Part shown: piece after piece, positions 48,448 to 54,790 of the stretch
How the letters are laid out: each line of letters starts with the position of its first letter
Numbering within the stretch: the first letter of the stretch is position 1
IMG/VR virus record: IMGVR_UViG_3300032677_000006
Strand: one strand, 5' to 3'
From: a virus
Length of the DNA: 64,000 nucleotides
Position numbers and translations under genes: made by a program
The notes under the pieces: generated by a model
The model's database searches: none
Told to the model about the DNA's origin: nothing
What the model saw: only the letters and a program-made list of their open reading frames with translations

Positions 48448-48966
48448 ATGAACTGGAGCGGCTACCGCCGCAAAAAGAAAACACGGGTTGCGCCCAAAGC
48501 GCGCACCAAAGCGGAGAAGTGCAAAAGCAAGTGGTGCAAGAACCGGCGGGCCACCAAGCGCTCCCGCTACCGCACGGCATCGGGCAAGGTAGGCGTCTAC
48601 GAATGCACGCTGCCGTACTGCTGGAAGTGCAAGGCGCGCCACCTGGCGGAGCGGCATCCCCACACCTACGTCCTGAACATGCTGCGGCACAGCGCGCGCA
48701 AGCGCAACCTGCCCTTCACCCTGACCCTGGACCAGTTCAAGGCGTTCTGCGCCAAAACCAACTACCTGGAACTCCGGGGCAAGAATCCGAGCAGCCTGAC
48801 GGTCGACCGAATTGACCGTACCGACGGCTACCACCACTGGAACATCCAGATCATGACCCACGCGGATAACAGCGCCCAGGGCAGCGATAACACGCCACGA
48901 GAGGAAGCGCAGGAGCGCTGGGAAACTTCGTCGGAGCCGAGTGACACTGGAAACAACCCTTTTTGA
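48448..48966 (+). CDS. HNH-like (beta-beta-alpha-metal) endonuclease
   Basis: 'ARKRNLPFTLT..SLTVDRID...GY...NI......N' pattern; N-terminal Cys cluster. Confidence 0.65.
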   Translation: MNWSGYRRKKKTRVAPKARTKAEKCKSKWCKNRRATKRSRYRTASGKVGVYECTLPYCWKCKARHLAERHPHTYVLNMLRHSARKRNLPFTLTLDQFKAFCAKTNYLELRGKNPSSLTVDRIDRTDGYHHWNIQIMTHADNSAQGSDNTPREEAQERWETSSEPSDTGNNPF

Positions 48967-49418
48967 CTGGCCGAGTATCTATAGGTGTGAGCTTCGCAAC
49001 CCAACTAGCTGAACATTTTGTAGCCCGCCAGAGCATTCTGGAGCGCTACATCGACGTTTGTCCGATCCCGTGCTTTATCGTGAACAAGGAGGGCGAAACC
49101 ATCTTCATCAACGAAGCCTACCAGCAGGCGTTTGACGCCCGTCTGGATCAAGTAAACGAAGGCCAGTGGGAAAGGCTGGTGCATCCCGAAGATTTGGAAA
49201 CCTACAAAGCCCTGTGGGTCAACCTGCTGCGCCGCGACCGTACCGCCGCGACCATCACCATCCGGACCATCGTCGGAAACGAACCAATAACCAGCGTGTT
49301 CCGCATCACCCACGTCCCCGGCAACGGTTTCATCGGCTACATTCTTTTCCAGTGCTCCTCCAGCGACAACTGCCCGGTGCGGCACGTGATCGAAAACTAC
49401 CTCAGCAAGCTGCCCTAG
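48963..49418 (+). CDS. Stand-alone PAS-domain protein
   Basis: 'P.PCFIVNKEGETIFINEAY.......WERLVHPED'. Confidence 0.8.
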   Translation: MTGRVSIGVSFATQLAEHFVARQSILERYIDVCPIPCFIVNKEGETIFINEAYQQAFDARLDQVNEGQWERLVHPEDLETYKALWVNLLRRDRTAATITIRTIVGNEPITSVFRITHVPGNGFIGYILFQCSSSDNCPVRHVIENYLSKLP

Positions 49419-49680
49419 CCTCCAGTTGGTCCAAAGTGGCGGCGCACTCCGCCGCCTTGGCGACCAATCCGGTGGAAAACCAACGCTGTTGAAACTTACC
49501 ACCCCGAGCTGAAAGCGCCACGTAGCTGTCGTCCGGCGCGTAGTTCATGTACGCCGTGCGCCAGTTGACGATCCGCACCAGCTCGCCGGTTTTCAAATTA
49601 AAAACACACCAGACACGATGGGTGCCTGGTGTGCTTGACCACCTCCGTTGCGCGTTCAGAATGTCAGCCCGGACGCTCAT
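49402..49680 (-). CDS. Small hypothetical protein coupled to rsr (start ATG 49680)
   Basis: TAATG stop-start overlap with the Ro60 gene. Confidence 0.55.
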   Translation of the reverse strand: MSVRADILNAQRRWSSTPGTHRVWCVFNLKTGELVRIVNWRTAYMNYAPDDSYVALSARGGKFQQRWFSTGLVAKAAECAATLDQLEARAAC

Positions 49681-51377
49681 TAGTCCTGGCTGTATACTTC
49701 CGCGTCTCCTACCACCGAGGCGGCTTCGCCCCGGATGAAGTCCGCCACGACCGACGGGACCGACGAGTCGAAACCCACCACGTCCAAGCCGTACGCGTCC
49801 TCCGGATCGTTGCACGTAAACGGCGTCGACGTCGTCGCCAGCATGACGCTGCGGGCATCCGGCACGAAGTTCGCCCGATAGTCGCGCAGCGCCAGCGCCG
49901 GGTGACGGCCACAGTTGACTTCGTTATCCGTCATGCAGATAAAGCCGCCCACCTTGAGCTTGGCCTTCCGCGCGTACTCGAAGCACAGGCTGATGTCCGT
50001 GGAACCGAAGTTCATGTCGGCGGCCTGCCGCATGGCCGTCTCCAAGGTCATGCCCTTGCGAATGCCCAGCTCCCGGAACGTGTCCGCGAAGCCGAAGATG
50101 TGACACTCCGGCTCGACGCTGGCGTGAACCAGGGCCAGGGCCGCCGTGGCCTCGCAGGCGCGCAGCGCCGTGGCACCGGCCATGGAGCTGTTCATGGAGC
50201 CAGAAACGTCCAGGCCAATCAGCAGCGGCTTGCCGCAGGGATGGACGTTCGGGAACGTCGCGTAAAACGCTTCGTCCAGCGCCGACAGGATCGACGGCAC
50301 CGCCGTCCAGGCCAGCTTGCCGCGCAGTCCGGCGTTGCCGCCGTAGACGCGGGAGGCCACCAGGACCTGCATCGGGTGAATCCGCGACTTGCGCAAGTAG
50401 CCCGCGTTGGTGAGCCGCTCGGTCACCAGCTTGGCCGCCTGGCTCAGCGGGCGCACCAGGCCCACCGCCGTCATCTTGCCCAGGTTCCGAATCATGGCCG
50501 TCAGCGGCATGTTCTGGAGCAGGACCTCCCATACGGCCACCGAATTAAGCTTGTCCGTCGGCACGGCCTCGCGGGGCAGCTTGTGCGCCGCGATCAGCTT
50601 GACCAGCTCGGCTTCGTCCGCGAACTTAGCCTGCTCGAACGCCTCGATGAACACCGGCAGGTGTTGCCGCACGTCCGGGTAGGTCTTAACGCCTGCCAGC
50701 TTGCGCTGTACGGACCGGGGGCCGGTGGCCGCCAGGCCGCCGATCACCCAGCGGAAGACCGCCTCCTGGGCATCATTATACGCCTTGGGGTGGGCCAGCC
50801 GCAGCATGTCGCGAGCAGACCAGCCGTCGCGCTGCTGGTACTTGACCACCTGGTGGGCCAGCTCTTCCGGAGCCTTGGACGTAAACCACCGGCCAATCGC
50901 GTTGCGCACGCCACGGCCCGTGCCGCGAAAGGCGGTCACGTACGCCATGAAGTGGTACAGGTGCGTGCCGATACGCGCCACCTGCGGCAGCGCCTCCAGC
51001 GCCAGGGCGCGCGTCTCCGGGCAGTCCGAGGCCGCCGCCAGGGCGAGCACAAACAGCGCGGGTTCGTTGCGGTAGGCCCGGCCCTGGACGCTGATGTCTA
51101 CCACCGTCTGGATCGTCCGGCGGGCATCCGCCTTCAGACAGGCCAGCACGCCGTCGTGGTTCTGCTTGGTCAGGTCCGGCTCGTCTACGTAATAGGTGCC
51201 GCCCTCCGAACCCAGGACCAGGAAGCGCTCCAGGCGCTTCCAGTCGTCTACCGCCCAGGTGTAGCCGCCGGTGCTGTTGAGCACCTGGCCACGGTCGGGG
51301 AGGGGTTCAGTGACCGGCAGCTTGAGCGAGCGCTTGGCCGACCGCGTATCGAACTGGGAAACATTGATCTTCGCCAT
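49680..51377 (-). CDS. rsr: Ro60-related RNA-binding protein (TROVE + vWA)
   Basis: NSTGGY, RLERFLVLGSEGGTYY, KYQQRDGWS.RD.LRLAHP, MPLTAMIRNLGKMT, RIHP, MIDAS DVSGSM, TDNE, GFD. Confidence 0.96.
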   Translation of the reverse strand: MAKINVSQFDTRSAKRSLKLPVTEPLPDRGQVLNSTGGYTWAVDDWKRLERFLVLGSEGGTYYVDEPDLTKQNHDGVLACLKADARRTIQTVVDISVQGRAYRNEPALFVLALAAASDCPETRALALEALPQVARIGTHLYHFMAYVTAFRGTGRGVRNAIGRWFTSKAPEELAHQVVKYQQRDGWSARDMLRLAHPKAYNDAQEAVFRWVIGGLAATGPRSVQRKLAGVKTYPDVRQHLPVFIEAFEQAKFADEAELVKLIAAHKLPREAVPTDKLNSVAVWEVLLQNMPLTAMIRNLGKMTAVGLVRPLSQAAKLVTERLTNAGYLRKSRIHPMQVLVASRVYGGNAGLRGKLAWTAVPSILSALDEAFYATFPNVHPCGKPLLIGLDVSGSMNSSMAGATALRACEATAALALVHASVEPECHIFGFADTFRELGIRKGMTLETAMRQAADMNFGSTDISLCFEYARKAKLKVGGFICMTDNEVNCGRHPALALRDYRANFVPDARSVMLATTSTPFTCNDPEDAYGLDVVGFDSSVPSVVADFIRGEAASVVGDAEVYSQD

Positions 51378-51450
51378 ACTGGTTAAAGGGCAATCGCACG
51401 CAACTACCGTACGTCTCAGCCGATGCCCGGGCTGTTGTTACTGATTCCAA

Positions 51451-51473
51451 TCCGGGCAAGTTGTCGGCCCAGA
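51451..51473 (-). promoter_or_regulatory. Minimal Ro-binding-site hairpin in the rsr leader
   Basis: UCUGGGCCGA-CAA-CUUGCCCGGA carries the same bulged helix as the upstream Y-like RNAs. Confidence 0.6.
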
Positions 51474-51480
51474 AAAGAGA

Positions 51481-51548
51481 TTCTACCGCAGTTCACACGA
51501 TGTCCTGGTGGCCACCAGGCGCAGGGCGCTGCCGACCGTCGGTAGAAA
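51481..51548 (-). ncRNA. Unassigned structured RNA in the Y-RNA array
   Basis: 8-bp closing stem ttctaccg/cggtagaa, internal cctggtggccaccagg palindrome, flanked by A/U spacers. Confidence 0.4.
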
Positions 51549-51552
51549 TTAA

Positions 51553-51690
51553 AGCGGGCAAGGGTCGCGTTCGGAGACCGGCTTACGCCGAGAGCGCTGT
51601 GCTACCGTTACACCACCGAGGCGTAAAGCCTCGGCGAGGATTTGAACCTCGACAGGCGCTAGGGTGATAACCAAACAGCTTCGGCCCGCT
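51553..51690 (-). ncRNA. YrlA-like Y RNA with permuted tRNA-like domain
   Basis: GGGCCGAA...UUAUC...CUUGCCC frame enclosing T arm CGAGG-UUCAAAU-CCUCG, looped 7-bp acceptor stem CCGAGGC/GCCUCGG and D arm GUGU-AACGGUA-GCAC. Confidence 0.9.
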
Positions 51691-51700
51691 AAAATTAAAA

Positions 51701-51761
51701 ATCGGACAAGTGTTTGACTCAGGGTGATTTTGGAAAGATAACCCTGGGTCTTCGGCCCGAT
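51701..51761 (-). ncRNA. Minimal Y RNA (61 nt)
   Basis: AUCGGGCCGAA-GACCCAGGG-UUAUCU...CCCUGAGUC-AAACA-CUUGUCCGAU. Confidence 0.85.
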
Positions 51762-51779
51762 AAAATGTCAAAATTAAAA

Positions 51780-51840
51780 GTCGGACAAGTAATTGCCGAG
51801 GGGTGTTCATTCAAAGATAACCCTCGACGTTCGGCCCGAC
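51780..51840 (-). ncRNA. Minimal Y RNA (61 nt)
   Basis: GUCGGGCCGAAC-GUCGAGGG-UUAUCU...CCCUCGGC-AAUUA-CUUGUCCGAC. Confidence 0.85.
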
Positions 51841-51845
51841 AAAAT

Positions 51846-51919
51846 TGGTTGCGGGTGGAGGAGTTGAACCTACCATCCTACTGGTTATGAGCCAGTCGTG
51901 CTCTGTACACCAACCCGCG
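51846..51919 (-). tRNA. tRNA-Met(CAT), atypical and partly initiator-like, CCA encoded
   Basis: CGCGGGU/ACCCGCA acceptor with C1xA72, anticodon arm ACUGG-CUCAUAA-CCAGU, GGUUCAAC T loop, 3' ACCA. Confidence 0.85.
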
Positions 51920-51926
51920 CTCATGG

Positions 51927-51998
51927 TGGGCTGGGCAGCCTTGCGACTGCGAAGGTTGGCGACGCTGGCTTTCGGCCATCACGTCAACCACCAGCCCA
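51927..51998 (-). ncRNA. Unassigned three-way-junction RNA in the Y-RNA array
   Basis: 8-bp closing stem UGGGCUGG/CCAGCCCA enclosing two hairpins. Confidence 0.45.
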
Positions 51999-52014
51999 TT
52001 AAAAATCCCCTGAG

Positions 52015-52261
52015 ACCGGACAAAAATTGCAAATCGGAGGTTCGGGTCTTTACCCTCTCAAAACTTCTCACGAAGCTCTGATAGCTTAGCCCAGCCCATT
52101 TCCGCCTGCAATTACCGTCGCTTCGGCGGTTGGCTGACTGGGCATTACCTACCAGGTTGCCCTGGACGAGCGCTGCGACAAATTAACGGGTTATGCCGGT
52201 TGTCGCACCCAGCGATTTGCTGGTTGTTCGTTTCATGGTAACCGATTCACTGCGGCCCGGT
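52015..52261 (-). ncRNA. Large Y-like RNA (247 nt) with multi-hairpin insert
   Basis: ACCGGGCCGCA-GUGAAUCGG-UUACC...CCGAUUUGC-AAUUU-UUGUCCGGU frame; at least six internal helices, two with GNRA loops. Confidence 0.75.
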
Positions 52262-52277
52262 TCAAAGAACTGAAGAA

Positions 52278-52306
52278 AGCGTAGACGAAGTTTGAATTCC
52301 AGTCAA
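52278..52306 (-). promoter_or_regulatory. sigma70-type promoter of the Y-RNA/tRNA/rsr operon
   Basis: TTGACT-N17-TACGCT with AT-rich upstream element; resembles the promoter at 9985 (shared ATGTTGAC and TTCGTCTAC). Confidence 0.75.
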
Positions 52307-52332
52307 CATTTTATTTTAAGAATTTTTCCGGC

Positions 52333-52839
52333 TCACGCCAGCGGGTAAATCAACGAGTATTCGCCCAGCGCCTGCTGGAGGGCGTCGCGTTCGTCGTACG
52401 TGCTGCTAAAGCCAATGTACACCTCCGCTTTCTGCGCCCGGTCGATGATCGTGCGCGTCGCCTGCGGCAGCTCGGCAAGCGTCAGCGGTCGGCTGGTCCA
52501 GACTCCCAGCGGTGTTCTGCCGTTGTGCTGCTGGTGGTAAATCGTCAGGCCGACATTGCCGTCCTTGTACGCCGAGGCCACCAGGCTCAGGTCCTGGCCG
52601 CTGACCATTTTTAATTCTTTCGCCGCCGCCCAGTAGCGAATGATCTGGCCGTGGTCTTTGTATTTTCCCTGGTAGGCTTGAAAGCCTAGCGGCTTCAGTG
52701 CTTCGATCCACAGGTGCTTTTCCGGATTTGGCGCTTCCCAGCTCTGCCGGTTGAGCGCGCCTGCGGCGTACTGGTCCAGGTCAAAATCGTCCGCCCCCGG
52801 CGCTTCCAGCAGGGCGTTCACAAGTCCGTGTGCGTTCAC
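52333..52839 (-). CDS. Hypothetical protein, putative internal head protein
   Basis: 'GLVNALLEAPGADDFDLDQY'; GTAGTTA 5 nt upstream. Confidence 0.65.
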   Translation of the reverse strand: MNAHGLVNALLEAPGADDFDLDQYAAGALNRQSWEAPNPEKHLWIEALKPLGFQAYQGKYKDHGQIIRYWAAAKELKMVSGQDLSLVASAYKDGNVGLTIYHQQHNGRTPLGVWTSRPLTLAELPQATRTIIDRAQKAEVYIGFSSTYDERDALQQALGEYSLIYPLA

Positions 52840-52844
52840 GCCGT

Positions 52845-52858
52845 TAACTACGTATTTA
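52845..52858. promoter_or_regulatory. Back-to-back divergent GTAnTTA motifs (putative late promoters)
   Basis: taactac|gtattta, 5 and 4 nt from the two divergent start codons. Confidence 0.65.
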
Positions 52859-52862
52859 AGAC

Positions 52863-53648
52863 ATGATTACGAACAAATGGTACGGCTGGCGGCCCGATCT
52901 ACCGGATTTCCGCGACTTCAAGTTCACGCGCGGCGTGGCGCTTAAAGACGCCATTCCCAACCCCATCCTGGACAACGTGGACCTGCGCACCACCGGCTTC
53001 CTGCCGCCGGTGTTCGACCAGGGCGACCTTGGTTCCTGCACGGCGAACTCGCTGTCCGAGCTGTTTTACTTCGTCGACAAAAAGCAGACCGGCATCTCGT
53101 TCCTGCCCTCGCGCCTGTTCATCTACTTCAACGAGCGCAAGGTGGAGGGAACCGTTGGCGAGGACGCGGGCGCGTCTCTGCGCACCGGCATCAAGACCAT
53201 CGTCAATCAGGGTGTGTGCCTGGAGAACCTGTGGCCGTACCATCCGGAACTGTTCAGCGTGACGCCGCCGCAGATTTGCTATACCGACGCCCAGCGCCAC
53301 GAGGCCAAGGTCTACCGCAGCGTGAACCAGACGGCGGACGCCATCAAAGGCTGCCTGTCCGACGGTTTCCCGGTCACGGTCGGGCTGACGCTGTACGACT
53401 CCTTCGAGTCCGACGCGGTGGCCGCCAGCGGCATCGTGGCCATGCCTGGGCCGGACGAGCAGGCGGTGGGCGGCCACGCGGTGCTCATTGTCGGCTACGA
53501 TCCCGTCAATGTGCTGATCATGAACAGCTGGGGCGCGGATTGGGGCCAGAACGGCTTCTTTCAGATTCCCTGGGAGTACGTGCTAAACCCGGACCTAGCC
53601 AGCGACTTCTGGATGGTCCACGCGATCACGCCGTCCGCCGTTCCGTGA
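52863..53648 (+). CDS. Papain-like cysteine peptidase (C1)
   Basis: YGW.PD.PD.RD, DQGDLGSCTAN, SRLFIYFNER, GGHAV..VGYD, NSWG..WG..G.F. Confidence 0.92.
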   Translation: MITNKWYGWRPDLPDFRDFKFTRGVALKDAIPNPILDNVDLRTTGFLPPVFDQGDLGSCTANSLSELFYFVDKKQTGISFLPSRLFIYFNERKVEGTVGEDAGASLRTGIKTIVNQGVCLENLWPYHPELFSVTPPQICYTDAQRHEAKVYRSVNQTADAIKGCLSDGFPVTVGLTLYDSFESDAVAASGIVAMPGPDEQAVGGHAVLIVGYDPVNVLIMNSWGADWGQNGFFQIPWEYVLNPDLASDFWMVHAITPSAVP

Positions 53649-54097
53649 ACGCCGCCGTCCTTGTCCGTCGATTACTGGAAGATGGCTCGGAAAACCGCTT
53701 AGACGATCCCGAGCAGTTTCTACGGCGCATGCCGTCGCCCAAGCAGCAGGCCACCGAGCTGCTGCGAAAGGCGGGTTTTCAGTACGACTCCACGTTCATG
53801 GCGGACGAGGACATCCCCTACAACCCGGACCTGGCCGATCCCAGCGACGGAGCCTGGTACCGGTACGTGGACACGCCCAACTTCGGGCTGGTCTTGGTCA
53901 ACATCGAGACCGGCAGCGCCAGCGAGTACGCCCGCAGGCATTCCGTAAACGTCTACGACCAGAACCGCCGCGCGCTGTTCACCTACGCCCAGCATTTGAA
54001 CTTCATGCAGGCGGCCAAGGCCGCCGTGGAGATCGCACGGGCGAACTTCAACGACCTGGAGATTAACGGGAACCGGCTGGAACGCAGGCTGGAGTAG
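53645..54097 (+). CDS. Hypothetical protein, putative internal head protein (start GTG 53645)
   Basis: 'AAVLVRRLLEDG...LDDPEQFL'; GTGA overlap with the peptidase stop. Confidence 0.65.
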   Translation: MNAAVLVRRLLEDGSENRLDDPEQFLRRMPSPKQQATELLRKAGFQYDSTFMADEDIPYNPDLADPSDGAWYRYVDTPNFGLVLVNIETGSASEYARRHSVNVYDQNRRALFTYAQHLNFMQAAKAAVEIARANFNDLEINGNRLERRLE

Positions 54098-54206
54098 CCT
54101 GCGGGCCGGGTAGAACGCGCAAGGAAGGAGAATTCACGATTTGCCTTCATCCCCAGGCGTGACCACTTAGGGGAAGTTTACTTGCGCGCTCTACCCAGCC
54201 AGCAGG
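54098..54206 (-). ncRNA. Candidate novel ncRNA: long stem plus two hairpins with complementary loops
   Basis: ~20-bp stem with G-U wobbles on the minus strand; loops contain UCACG and CGUGA; GTTCTT motif at 54211-54216. Confidence 0.55.
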
Positions 54207-54217
54207 CACGAAGAACG

Positions 54218-54538
54218 CTAAGACTGACGCGCCGGTACGTCCAGGGTGTCGCCACAACCTGAGCATTTGTCGCTGTTGTCTTGGCAGTACCGACCCGGCA
54301 CAGGCAGCTCGACTTCCTGGTCCGGCACGAACTGACCTGTAAAAAAGTCGTAGTGACCGCCCACAGTCTTAGGGCTGCTTTTCCAGGCCCAGCGATAGGT
54401 GCGGTTAACCGCTCCCGGCTGGCGCAAGTCGCTATTGCAACTGTAGCAGTACAGCAGACGCGCGGAGTATGCCCGGTTAAGGTACTGCGACGGATCGTCT
54501 ACGTCCATCTCCTGGATCAGCTGCCTGGCTCGGCTCAT
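54218..54538 (-). CDS. Small Cys-rich protein, putative internal head protein
   Basis: 'RARQLIQEMDVDDPSQYL'; CYSC...CSGC. Confidence 0.6.
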   Translation of the reverse strand: MSRARQLIQEMDVDDPSQYLNRAYSARLLYCYSCNSDLRQPGAVNRTYRWAWKSSPKTVGGHYDFFTGQFVPDQEVELPVPGRYCQDNSDKCSGCGDTLDVPARQS

Positions 54539-54789
54539 TTGGTGTAGGTCTTTAGCGCCGTCAAAAGCTGTGGAAAGTCACCTGAAAAACCCCTGGGCAC
54601 GTAAACAGTTTCCTGGGGCACGCCCAAAGCGTCCAGCACGTGGTTGAGGTCGCTGCGCGGATTCGTCGCCACCAGCTTGCCGTCCACGTAGACCGCGTAA
54701 AACGGGTCGTGCGTACCGTCCTCAAAAACCCAGGTCAAGCGCGGAGCGCCGCCATTGACCACCTGCTGAACTGGCTTGCTGGCGGCCAT
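54535..54789 (-). CDS. Hypothetical protein
   Basis: 84 aa, coupled to neighbours. Confidence 0.55.
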   Translation of the reverse strand: MAASKPVQQVVNGGAPRLTWVFEDGTHDPFYAVYVDGKLVATNPRSDLNHVLDALGVPQETVYVPRGFSGDFPQLLTALKTYTK

Positions 54790-54790
54790 A

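Noticed and set aside
49629-51386. 585-aa plus-strand ORF and similar long antisense ORFs (e.g. 19469-20824, 25646-26782, 31660-32745, 35012-36052)
   Set aside because: Shadow frames opposite well-supported genes, expected in high-GC DNA
51596-51655. A second true tRNA gene
   Set aside because: Arms are in permuted order, the acceptor stem is closed by a loop, and there is no anticodon loop or CCA; it is the YrlA-type mimic
51553-51840. Repeated cggacaag / ttcggcccg motifs with variable interiors as a CRISPR array
   Set aside because: The repeats are the two paired ends of each unit, unit lengths vary widely and no cas genes are present; a Y-RNA fold beside rsr explains them
51927-51998. 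Hammerhead ribozyme
   Set aside because: The CUGANGA core is absent and the GAAA lies in a hairpin loop rather than the junction
51583-52081. ORFs 51461-51667, 51583-51810 and 51845-52081 as proteins
   Set aside because: They overlap the tRNA and Y-like RNAs, lack start signals and have no protein-like features
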